Assembly: GCA_045659525.1 (NCBI GenBank)
Contig: JAZOXE010000104.1
Span: forward strand, 1 to 42,158
Direction of reading: 5' to 3'
DNA from: Faecousia sp.
GTDB lineage: Bacteria; Bacillota; Clostridia; Oscillospirales; Oscillospiraceae
DNA length: 42,158 nucleotides
The position numbers and the translations under genes are program-made. The notes below the pieces were generated by a model that was given only the letters and a program-made list of their open reading frames with translations, had not been told where the DNA came from and did not search any database. This document shows, piece by piece, positions 1 through 7,571 of this stretch. How positions within the stretch are numbered: the first letter of the stretch is position 1; each line of letters starts with the position of its first letter.

Positions 1-141
1 AGCCGGAGCCGTCGCCGTAGCCGGAGCCGTCGCCGTAGCCGTAGCCGTCGCCGTAGCCGGAGCCGTCGCCGGAGCCGTCGCCGGAGCTCAACCACCGGTC
101 TATCATCACCGCGTCCATACCGGCTGCTTGTACAGGTTGTC
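1..141. repeat. 141-bp terminal direct repeat (copy at 42018-42158), circularisation overlap
   Basis: First 141 nt are identical to the last 141 nt. Confidence 0.95.
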
Positions 142-438
142 AATAGCCACCTCCGACAGCGGCAACACCTGACACACGCCGGTCAGAACGATGGAGCTGA
201 CGGTGCGCGATATCATGTCGCCGGTCACGCCGTGCTCGGCGATGTCGGCCAGACAGTTCGCACCCGTCCAGTGCCATATGTTCCGCGCGTCCGTCAGGCG
301 CATGGCCTGCCCGTCCACGGCTTCCAGCGTTCCGAAATACACGCCGGCCTCAATGCTTCTCACCAGCACCTTGCGGCCGATGATGTCCTTGTAAATCTCG
401 TTTGTTCCCATTTTTTCTTCGTTTTTTTTGTTAGACAT
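106..438 (-). CDS. Small Sm-like beta-barrel phage protein (DUF6948-like)
   Basis: GRKVLVRSIEAGVYFGTL...ARNIWHWTGA motif; ATG at 438 overlaps the upstream stop (alternative start 411); followed by the Gly/Tyr-repeat gene across the circle junction. Confidence 0.7.
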   Translation of the reverse strand: MSNKKNEEKMGTNEIYKDIIGRKVLVRSIEAGVYFGTLEAVDGQAMRLTDARNIWHWTGANCLADIAEHGVTGDMISRTVSSIVLTGVCQVLPLSEVAIDNLYKQPVWTR

Positions 439-685
439 ATAGTTCATTTTGTTTGTGTTTCCGTTTACATTCCTCGTAGAAGGCCAGCAGCGCCTGTTTG
501 TATGTATAGCCGCCTGTTTCCTTCCTGTCGTCAAGATATCCGTGTTCCGTTAGGCGGTCGTAAGCCAGCGTGTTGTGGCTGAAACATGAGTAATCCCTGT
601 CGCGGAATCTGATTGTGACACGGTATGAGCCGTAGCCATTGGCCCGGACTACTGACACCCTTTCTTCGAGTTGTTTTTCTGTCAT
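431..685 (-). CDS. Hypothetical protein
   Basis: 84-aa ORF in tightly packed operon. Confidence 0.75.
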   Translation of the reverse strand: MTEKQLEERVSVVRANGYGSYRVTIRFRDRDYSCFSHNTLAYDRLTEHGYLDDRKETGGYTYKQALLAFYEECKRKHKQNELYV

Positions 686-717
686 TGCTGCCTATTTAAA
701 GAGTTGAGTAAAATAAC

Positions 718-882
718 CTATTTAACCCATCCGGCCGCTACCATACAGGCCCCGGCAATGACTGTCGCGATGAAGATTCCGAAAGCGGAAAGATTCAGCG
801 CAAATGTACTTTGTTCTGTTCCGGCGGCAATCAGGGCCAGAAAGCCGATGCAGCCGTTAATCTGGAAAAATATCTTTTTCAT
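718..882 (-). CDS. Small two-TM membrane protein
   Basis: MKKIFFQ... with two hydrophobic stretches; first gene behind leader copy 1. Confidence 0.7.
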   Translation of the reverse strand: MKKIFFQINGCIGFLALIAAGTEQSTFALNLSAFGIFIATVIAGACMVAAGWVK

Positions 883-896
883 GCTATTTTGTTTTA

Positions 897-968
897 CCCG
901 GAACCGCCCGGGGACGTTTGTCAATCATTGACGGGACAAAAATACTATCCGGAAATGATTATACCAAA
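897..968 (-). promoter_or_regulatory. Early promoter plus structured leader, copy 1
   Basis: TTTG (965-968)-N20-TATTTTTG (937-944), then GTCAATGATTGAC hairpin and CCCGG-GCGGTT-CCGGG stem. Confidence 0.85.
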
Positions 969-999
969 AGTTTCCCTTTTTATTTTCTGTTAAAAAATG

Positions 1000-1749
1000 T
1001 TAAAAAATCTCTGTTATCTGGATTTCATCTTTCGCCATACCCTCAAATGCCCGTTCTATCGCCCTGCGCCTGCGTTCAACCTGTGCAGCATATCTTCCAC
1101 GTCCGACAGCCGCCATAATGATTTCGCCTGCCGGCTCTTGCTCTATATCCTCACCAACCAGACCGGCATCGTTGAGAATGTTATAGCACAGCATCTCACC
1201 GATGATTGACAACCGTGACATCTCGCCGCGATATTTGTAATTCAAAAATGACATTGCGAAATCTGACAGAGCCAAAGCCATCGCATTGCGCAATTCCTCC
1301 GGTGTCGGCCCCGTCTTTTCTTCAATCTGGATGCCCGTCATTACATTTCCCCTTTTCGCTTTATAGGCGTTCAGAATCTTGCATACATATTCAACGGAAA
1401 AATTCTGGTAATGGCTCCTGTCCGGCTGTCCGTCTTTGTTCTTAGGCAGATAATCGTCCAGTTCCCCGGTTACTGACAGTTCGAACGCCAGCCGGAAATC
1501 CTTGAGCGTGAAATACGGATAATACCGTTTAAGTATCTCTGTTGTCCGGATAACAAGATACTGCCTGTCCGCATCATCTGTCAGACGATAGCCCACGTCC
1601 CGGCATATCCACGTTATCGCAGTGTTGATTTCTTGCGCCAATTCATTCATTTGGTAATCTGCAATCCTTTTCTCCGTTGTAGCCAGATATACCGCCCTGT
1701 CAATAGGCGATAATGCAGAATCATTATATTTGACAATTTCCGTTACCAT
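1000..1749 (-). CDS. Hypothetical protein, possible helicase loader or replication accessory
   Basis: 249-aa ORF overlapping the initiator stop; function inferred from position only. Confidence 0.6.
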   Translation of the reverse strand: MVTEIVKYNDSALSPIDRAVYLATTEKRIADYQMNELAQEINTAITWICRDVGYRLTDDADRQYLVIRTTEILKRYYPYFTLKDFRLAFELSVTGELDDYLPKNKDGQPDRSHYQNFSVEYVCKILNAYKAKRGNVMTGIQIEEKTGPTPEELRNAMALALSDFAMSFLNYKYRGEMSRLSIIGEMLCYNILNDAGLVGEDIEQEPAGEIIMAAVGRGRYAAQVERRRRAIERAFEGMAKDEIQITEIF

Positions 1750-2513
1750 GACATTTCAGATAAATATTTCAACGCATCCGGAGACAATCCGCCGGAATTA
1801 ACCTTGTGCAATGTCTTTCTCTGCATGTCCGCCCGGATGAAATTCCTTGCGGTTGCAATCCAGTCCCTTTTCTTCGCTCCCTTGCTTGCCGACCAGTCCG
1901 CAACAGCATGATAATAATACAGAATGTCTATGTCTGCAAATTCCGGTGCCGTGAATTCCGCCGCAAAAGCATCATAATTTTCGAATTTCGAATCGGCAAA
2001 CAAACATAGGTTTTCGGATGTTCTTCGGCGCGTTTTTTCTTTTATATTATCTTCTTTATTATCATCTATCTCTTTATTATTATACCCCAAAGTTTCGTTG
2101 GGGGTTATCCCCAAAGTTTCGTTGGGGGTAGCCCCAAAATTTTTTGGGGCTTTCTCAATTTTCTGAGGGTTAGCAAATACAAGGCTCTCATACGCCGGAC
2201 CGAAACGGTAGAATGTCCTGTGCAGCCTTTCACAATCCGGATGGCGAATAAGAAGTCCGGCGCAAATTAATTTCTTAACGTGATTAGCAATTCCTTGTTC
2301 CGAGCGTATGCCAAGTATTGGAAGGTGCTTCATGACCATTGCATGAGACACCCAAAACCAGCGTCCGGATTCATCACTCAACTTTATACATCTATCAACG
2401 TGCGCAAATCTCGAGATGAAATCAAATATAGCCATATCCACGATATCGAGGTCGAAACCATTGGCCAATACCGCATACTGATTTATCGTAATAGTGTACT
2501 GAATATTATCCAT
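1743..2513 (-). CDS. Phage replication initiator (N-terminal wHTH, lambda O-like organisation)
   Basis: wHTH-like N-terminus, internal TPNETLG repeats encoded by iterons, C-terminal K..DW.ATARNF motif. Confidence 0.75.
   Translation of the reverse strand: MDNIQYTITINQYAVLANGFDLDIVDMAIFDFISRFAHVDRCIKLSDESGRWFWVSHAMVMKHLPILGIRSEQGIANHVKKLICAGLLIRHPDCERLHRTFYRFGPAYESLVFANPQKIEKAPKNFGATPNETLGITPNETLGYNNKEIDDNKEDNIKEKTRRRTSENLCLFADSKFENYDAFAAEFTAPEFADIDILYYYHAVADWSASKGAKKRDWIATARNFIRADMQRKTLHKVNSGGLSPDALKYLSEMSW
2033..2170. other. Putative replication origin: palindromic iterons plus AT-rich tract
   Basis: CCCCAAAGTTTCGTTGGGGG at 2085 and 2109, CCCCAAAATTTTTTGGGG at 2132, a degenerate fourth copy, adjacent AT-rich 2033-2083, all inside the initiator gene. 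Confidence 0.75.
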
Positions 2514-2869
2514 TATCTGAATCTGTTATAATTAGGAAGTTGAGAATAACATTGGCCGGTGAATTTCCTTAAATCTTCCATTTCTTTTGCCGTAGTCCAG
2601 TATTGTAAATCCGGCAAAATATCATTGAATGTCTTAACTATCCCCGAACAGAAACCTATCCGATGAGGGTTCATCTTTAACATATCTTTGATACCGGATT
2701 CTATATTATTGTCAATGCACCAATGTAATTTGGAATGCACCTCGCACGGTAGCAAAATAAGATTCTCAATACGATTATCATTCCTATTGCGGTTAATGTG
2801 GTGAATATGGTATCCGTCATTGATTGAGATACCATAATATTCTGCGTATAACTTGCGGTAATTTTTCAT
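2513..2869 (-). CDS. HNH endonuclease
   Basis: HIHHINRNRNDNRIENLILL..EVH motif; ATG at 2869. Confidence 0.85.
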   Translation of the reverse strand: MKNYRKLYAEYYGISINDGYHIHHINRNRNDNRIENLILLPCEVHSKLHWCIDNNIESGIKDMLKMNPHRIGFCSGIVKTFNDILPDLQYWTTAKEMEDLRKFTGQCYSQLPNYNRFR

Positions 2870-2879
2870 GTTATTAATG

Positions 2880-3000
2880 AAAAAGCCCCGCATTTCGCCA
2901 GACGTTAGCCGCCGTCCGGGTACTTTGCAGGGCGTAAAAATCCTCATCGGTCGCGGCTACGACCGCAACAAATATACAACGTTTCAACGCATTTTACAAA
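2880..3000 (-). promoter_or_regulatory. Promoter plus kissing-loop/terminator leader of the replication operon
   Basis: TTTG (2997-3000)-N20-TATATTTG (2969-2976); two hairpins with complementary loops; U5 tract. Confidence 0.7.
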
Positions 3001-3017
3001 TCATTTTTTCCTATCTG

Positions 3018-3839
3018 TCATACGAACAGTTTTGGCGTAACACATTCCTTCAACAGTTTCTGTGCATCAGCATAGAAGTTCTTCTTTATCTCGAAGCCAT
3101 ACGCCCTACGTCCGCAGTTCGCGGCCGCAAGCAGTGTCGTTCCAGAACCGGCGCACGGGTCAATTATCACATCCCCCGGGTCGCTGAATATTTCAATCAT
3201 CCTTTCCAGCAACGGCACGGGTTTCTGTGTAGGATGTATCTTCGGCGTTTTCGTGTCCCTCGGCCAGTCGAAGCAGTTGAATATCATCCTCCCGTCATTG
3301 TTGAACTTCGGCAGTTTATCCCGGTAGAGAATAAGCCCGTATTCGCAGTTTCCAACGATTTTCATGTTTGCTTTCAAGACCTGTGCGGAAAAGTTCTTCC
3401 GGAACACAAGCGGGATGTATTTTTTCAGCCCGTATCTCGCGCCCAAATCCACGTAATACTGCAACTGTTCAAATGCACAGAATAGCAGCATACACGGAGC
3501 CTGCGATTTCTTCTTTCCGCCTACCGTTTCATCCTTCTGGATGCCATATTCGTCAATGTCTTCGTCCGATATGCCGTTTTTCGGCTCTTTCACAAGCATC
3601 TGACTGCAAAAGTGCATGAATTCCGCCGGTCTGAAATCCTTATCCGTATCAAAGAATTCCTTTCCCGCAAGTTCGCTCTCGCCATTCTTGTTATCACCGT
3701 CATTGTACCATGCCGGATTGCTCGCATAGGCGTTCTTTCCAAGATTATAAGGCGGGTCGGCAATGATTAACTGCGCCTTCGGTATGCCGTAAACCTTGAA
3801 ATTCTGGAAATGGTCGTTGTATAGTTCAATCCTGTCCAT
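3018..3839 (-). CDS. DNA methyltransferase, N6-adenine/N4-cytosine, beta class
   Basis: DPPY catalytic motif, HPTQKPV, DPCAGSGTT SAM-binding motif. Confidence 0.92.
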   Translation of the reverse strand: MDRIELYNDHFQNFKVYGIPKAQLIIADPPYNLGKNAYASNPAWYNDGDNKNGESELAGKEFFDTDKDFRPAEFMHFCSQMLVKEPKNGISDEDIDEYGIQKDETVGGKKKSQAPCMLLFCAFEQLQYYVDLGARYGLKKYIPLVFRKNFSAQVLKANMKIVGNCEYGLILYRDKLPKFNNDGRMIFNCFDWPRDTKTPKIHPTQKPVPLLERMIEIFSDPGDVIIDPCAGSGTTLLAAANCGRRAYGFEIKKNFYADAQKLLKECVTPKLFV

Positions 3840-4545
3840 TTAGCAACATTTTTTGTTGAATCTCCTGTTTAAGCATCTCCCGCACCTCTGCAATGCGCAC
3901 GTCATTGCATACCAGTTCCAGCACCGGATATCGGGATGTCTGCCCGGGCTTGTTCGACTTGTGGAAACTCACAGACAAATCGAATACGGATGTCGTTACC
4001 GTGCCGCGTAGTTTCTGCACGGCATCGAACGAATCACGCAAGTTGCGTACACTTGATGCCTTGCCTTTCGTCTGCAACGTCCACATGCCGACCACACGGC
4101 GCACGGCTGGAATGATGAACCGCAATGTCAGTTCTTCATCCCAATTGTCTGTACCCCTCTTTGTAGGATTCTTCGCCGCAATCCTTTCCATGATGTCCGG
4201 ATGTTCATCAACCAGATACGGCGCATACGTCTTGCCGTTCCATACCTCGAATGTACGTCCATCGCCACGCGCTACCAGAGCACCGGAATTGTCCCTGTAT
4301 GTGAATCTTTCCTCGCATACCATCTGCACATCATCAGACGGAAAGACTATCTGGATTGTCCCCGGCTTTTCCCCGAAGGCTTCCGTGAACAATTCCGCAT
4401 ATTTCCCTGTTGCGACAAAGTAATCCAGCGATACCGGATATTCCTTGCCGTTTTGGCCGGTCTGCTTCTTGCCTATATGCACTTTCCCGATAATCGGGAA
4501 GGCCGGAACCGTTGATTGTTCCGGCCTGTATATTCTCCCTGTCAT
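3826..4545 (-). CDS. Gp3/recombination-directionality-factor-like protein (putative annealing protein)
   Basis: IIGKVHIGKK...YPVSLDYF...FGEKP pattern; adjacent to exonuclease. Confidence 0.65.
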   Translation of the reverse strand: MTGRIYRPEQSTVPAFPIIGKVHIGKKQTGQNGKEYPVSLDYFVATGKYAELFTEAFGEKPGTIQIVFPSDDVQMVCEERFTYRDNSGALVARGDGRTFEVWNGKTYAPYLVDEHPDIMERIAAKNPTKRGTDNWDEELTLRFIIPAVRRVVGMWTLQTKGKASSVRNLRDSFDAVQKLRGTVTTSVFDLSVSFHKSNKPGQTSRYPVLELVCNDVRIAEVREMLKQEIQQKMLLNGQD

Positions 4546-5633
4546 TGCTCTATCTCTTTGAAGTCAGACAATGGTAATTCCTGCGAAATTTCCGATTTGC
4601 GCGGTTTTCTCGTTCGGGTTGATACTTTTCTTGACTTTGCGTCCTGCGTTCCGCCATCGGCCTTTTTCCGGCCTTTTTTCGGCTTTTCCGGTTCAGCCTT
4701 CGCCTTCACAAGTTCAGACAGGGTCAATTGCAGCACGTTGTCCATGATGTCGCCACTGTCCAAGTCAAACTGCCCGTGAACAATCTGCACGGTGTTTTCC
4801 TTTTCTTCGACCGTGGCCAGAGCCAGCAGATGCGGCAGTTTCGCGGCCGATTTCGCATTCGTCTGTTCCTTCAGCGTGTATGTCGGCTTCGTCCGCCAGT
4901 CCTTCGGTGCGAAGTTGAATATCCGTGCCACCGGCACATCCGGAAAATTGACATTCCACATATCCCGGTACAGATGCAGTTGCAGTTCGTGTTCTTCATA
5001 GAAACCTTTTCTGCCGCTCTTGAAGTCAATGATGGCCGTGAACATCTCCCCGGTCTTCGGCTCCGACATAACGCAAGGCAAATCAATGCAGCCTGCATAT
5101 CCGTAGTCCGGATGAACAAGCCCTATTTCAACCGCCAGAGGGCGCACGTTGTAATCCTTGACAAACTGCGCAAAGGCCGCGACATCCTTCCGTATCTTGA
5201 CTATCCATTCGTGGAACACCCTCTCCGGAATGTTTTCCTGTACCAGATAAGCAGCCAGCAAGCCGGGCACGGCATCGAAGTCATATCGCCTGTTGATAAG
5301 CAACGTTTCAAACTGCATGTGCATGAACGTCCCGTAAGCCGCTGCAAGGTCGCGTTTCTCTGTAGCACCGTCCTTGCCGTTCTGAATCATCCATTCAATG
5401 AGCGATGGCGGTGTCGGCATTACCTGTTTCAGCATCGCCGTTACAGACGGATAAAATACCGGTTGTTCGCCTTCGAAGCGATAGTAATAGCGGAATCCCT
5501 GCGTATTAAGCCGGAATATCCTGTACGGCGGTTCCTTCAACGCATCCGCATTGAAATAGATTGCCTTGATTTCTTCCACCGTCAAACCCGGTGCGATTTC
5601 ATTCTGTTGTTCCATTTTCTTTTTCATTGTCAT
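4542..5633 (-). CDS. PD-(D/E)XK exonuclease (RecB/Cas4-like fold)
   Basis: PSVT, GTFMH, GYAGCID, IIDFKS, LQLHLY motifs. Confidence 0.85.
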   Translation of the reverse strand: MTMKKKMEQQNEIAPGLTVEEIKAIYFNADALKEPPYRIFRLNTQGFRYYYRFEGEQPVFYPSVTAMLKQVMPTPPSLIEWMIQNGKDGATEKRDLAAAYGTFMHMQFETLLINRRYDFDAVPGLLAAYLVQENIPERVFHEWIVKIRKDVAAFAQFVKDYNVRPLAVEIGLVHPDYGYAGCIDLPCVMSEPKTGEMFTAIIDFKSGRKGFYEEHELQLHLYRDMWNVNFPDVPVARIFNFAPKDWRTKPTYTLKEQTNAKSAAKLPHLLALATVEEKENTVQIVHGQFDLDSGDIMDNVLQLTLSELVKAKAEPEKPKKGRKKADGGTQDAKSRKVSTRTRKPRKSEISQELPLSDFKEIEQ

Positions 5634-5797
5634 TTCATTTTTTTGATTCGGATATATTCTTTCAGATAAAGAGCCGCATTAATCGCGGCAACAAAAATTA
5701 CTGCGTACAGCACAGGGCGGCAGAACAGACTGAAAATGCAGCCTACCAGAACGGCAGACCATTCAATTATCCAGAACAGATTGACTGTGTTATTCAT
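5630..5797 (-). CDS. Small membrane protein (55 aa, not in ORF track)
   Basis: MNNTVNLFWIIEWSAVLVGCIFSLF...; overlaps both neighbours. Confidence 0.65.
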   Translation of the reverse strand: MNNTVNLFWIIEWSAVLVGCIFSLFCRPVLYAVIFVAAINAALYLKEYIRIKKMK

Positions 5798-6029
5798 CTA
5801 CCTTTGTTTTGACGTTGAACAAAAAGTCGGCGGTGCATCCCGTCATCTCGCAGATGATGTTAATCCATTCCGGCATTATCCGGGCTGTCTCCCCCCGGCA
5901 CAGCGAAGTCATATTGACCTGTTGCGCTTCCGGGGATGATTGCGGCCAGAGCCGCGCCGCAATGTCTTTCTTCAAGACCTTCTTGCCGCGTTCCTTCGCA
6001 GCGGCGATTGCTTGTTCAATTCTAATCAT
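5790..6029 (-). CDS. Cro/XRE-like HTH transcriptional regulator
   Basis: KKDIAARLW...NMTSLCRG...ICEMTGCTADFLF pattern; 79 aa. Confidence 0.8.
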   Translation of the reverse strand: MIRIEQAIAAAKERGKKVLKKDIAARLWPQSSPEAQQVNMTSLCRGETARIMPEWINIICEMTGCTADFLFNVKTKVDE

Positions 6030-6420
6030 AACTAAATTTATTAAGTGAAACATTCCAATCCGAGACCTTCCATCCGATGCAGGCATCCAGTACCCCCTGC
6101 AACAGTTCAACCCGGATTACATTGCCTTGATTCATCTCGATGTCCTTCCGGACATATCGCGACAAGATAGCAAGCAATTCCGGCAATGTGTAACAGGAAT
6201 CTACATATGCCCCTTCCAAATCCACCGAATCAGCATCCGGCACAAACCCGCATTCCGGGTCATATTCGCCTTCATAATCCGATGTCCGGACTTCAACCTC
6301 CTTGTATATCGAGTAATCCACAATGCAATCAAATTTCGCTTCCGGATTCTCTCGGTAATTCCACGGTGCCCGTGTGTCATATTCCGCACTCACCGGCGCA
6401 TTTCCCATTGACGTATTCAT
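6022..6420 (-). CDS. Hypothetical acidic protein
   Basis: 132-aa ORF directly behind leader copy 2. Confidence 0.75.
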   Translation of the reverse strand: MNTSMGNAPVSAEYDTRAPWNYRENPEAKFDCIVDYSIYKEVEVRTSDYEGEYDPECGFVPDADSVDLEGAYVDSCYTLPELLAILSRYVRKDIEMNQGNVIRVELLQGVLDACIGWKVSDWNVSLNKFSYD

Positions 6421-6436
6421 CGTCTTTCAATTTTTC

Positions 6437-6536
6437 CCCGGAACCGCCCGGGTGCGTCTGTCAATCATTGACGGGACAAAAATACAGCCCCGATTTTTAA
6501 TTTCCAAAGGTTTTAACTTCTATTAAGAAATTTTAA
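6437..6536 (-). promoter_or_regulatory. Early promoter plus structured leader, copy 2
   Basis: TTAA at 6513/6523/6533; TTTG 6505-6508; -7 box 6477-6484; leader 6437-6472. Confidence 0.85.
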
Positions 6537-6568
6537 CATTCTGTATATTTGTACAAAATCACAGAGCC

Positions 6569-6709
6569 ATGCCAGTCCAGAAAGTACAAGGCGGATATCG
6601 CTGGGGAAAATCCGGGAAGGTCTATCCCACCAAAGCACAGGCCGAAGCGCAGGGACGTGCCATCTATGCAGCCGGATACCGCGAAAAACCGCAGTCAAGG
6701 AAGAAATAA
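6569..6709 (+). CDS. Small basic phage protein (46 aa), the only convincing plus-strand gene
   Basis: MPVQKVQGGYRWGKSGKVYPTKAQAEAQGRAIYAAGY...; preceded by TATATTTG at 6544-6551. Confidence 0.75.
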   Translation: MPVQKVQGGYRWGKSGKVYPTKAQAEAQGRAIYAAGYREKPQSRKK

Positions 6710-6714
6710 AATAT

Positions 6715-6861
6715 CTATCCGACATATATCCCCCCGTCTGGATAGACCGTTATAAATACAGGTGTTTCCAGATGTACATCCGTGCGTTCGGAAAGTTCCT
6801 CGAGTGTTTCTGCCAGCGAACGCAGGTCTTTGCACATGAGTTCTATTTTTTCCCCTTCCAT
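6715..6861 (-). CDS. Hypothetical protein (48 aa)
   Basis: MEGEKIELMCKDL...; follows the 6864 gene by 2 nt. Confidence 0.55.
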   Translation of the reverse strand: MEGEKIELMCKDLRSLAETLEELSERTDVHLETPVFITVYPDGGIYVG

Positions 6862-6863
6862 CG

Positions 6864-7061
6864 TTATTTCTGTTTTAAGCGCTTATCTATAATCTTTTTC
6901 GCCCATGCCAGCGAAGATACGTAGAACCCGAACGGCCTTTCCGATGTCAAGATATCAACGTAATATCTTGCACCCTTCTTTGTTATCCCTATACCCCGGT
7001 ATTCATAGAAGTTCCCGCATACATGGCCGGGAAAGTCGCTGTTGTGAAGTCTTGCAATCAT
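6864..7061 (-). CDS. Hypothetical protein
   Basis: 65-aa ORF in operon. Confidence 0.65.
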   Translation of the reverse strand: MIARLHNSDFPGHVCGNFYEYRGIGITKKGARYYVDILTSERPFGFYVSSLAWAKKIIDKRLKQK

Positions 7062-7072
7062 AACCGTATTGG

Positions 7073-7303
7073 TTAAGCGTTGTAGAAACTGATTTTAACG
7101 CCCCGGCGCAGTCTGCACACGCAGACATCATCCATGCAGTTGAACGCCCGGTCAAGAAGTCTGTTCGTAAGAGCAATGTCGCCCACTACCCGAATCAGAC
7201 CATCCACGCCCACAAGCGTATTGACCTTCTTGCCATCCACCATTCCGAAAACCTTCAGTTTGAAATTGCTGTTAATCTCTTTCGTTGTGTATTTCAGTCC
7301 CAT
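7073..7303 (-). CDS. Hypothetical protein
   Basis: MGLKYTTKEIN..., first gene behind leader copy 3. Confidence 0.75.
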   Translation of the reverse strand: MGLKYTTKEINSNFKLKVFGMVDGKKVNTLVGVDGLIRVVGDIALTNRLLDRAFNCMDDVCVCRLRRGVKISFYNA

Positions 7304-7317
7304 TGTCGTAACCTTTT

Positions 7318-7417
7318 TGCAGAACCGGCTGCATCCGTTTGTCATATATTGACAGCACAAAAGTATAAAGCCGAAATTTAACTACCAAAGGTTTTAACTT
7401 TTCTTAACATCTTTTAA
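7318..7417 (-). promoter_or_regulatory. Early promoter plus structured leader, copy 3
   Basis: TTAA at 7394/7404/7414; TTTG 7386-7389; -7 box 7358-7365; leader 7318-7353. Confidence 0.85.
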
Positions 7418-7430
7418 CTTATGGCAGCAA

Positions 7431-7472
7431 ATTAGACAACCGGATTAGACAACCAGATTAGACAACCAGATT
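7431..7472. repeat. 13-bp tandem repeat x3 (ATTAGACAACCRG)
   Basis: Directly visible. Confidence 0.9.
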
Positions 7473-7571
7473 ATTTTCCGGAAATTTCCGTTTTAAGCCG
7501 TTTTCAATATCCGGGCAATAACTTTATCCACCCGGACAAGAAAATCGCCCTATGCGCCTGATTTTGGCCTA

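Noticed and set aside
1-141. Terminal repeat as a biological DTR
   Set aside because: It lies mid-gene in a low-complexity repeat, and 141 nt matches a common assembler k-mer overlap
897-932. Leader as a known riboswitch or HDV-like/theta ribozyme
   Set aside because: Lacks the nested double pseudoknot and the conserved ligand motifs I know; needs an Rfam search to exclude formally
2513-2869. HNH genes as intron-encoded (also 34345-34767, 40496-40930)
   Set aside because: Flanking genes look intact and no group I core was seen; treated as free-standing
4542-5633. Cas4 of a CRISPR system
   Set aside because: No Fe-S cysteine cluster, cas genes or array; context is phage recombination
4728-5669. 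Long plus-strand ORFs (also 16597-17436, 17644-18735, 23187-23993, 25700-26758)
   Set aside because: Antisense shadows of well-supported minus-strand genes; no recognisable motifs
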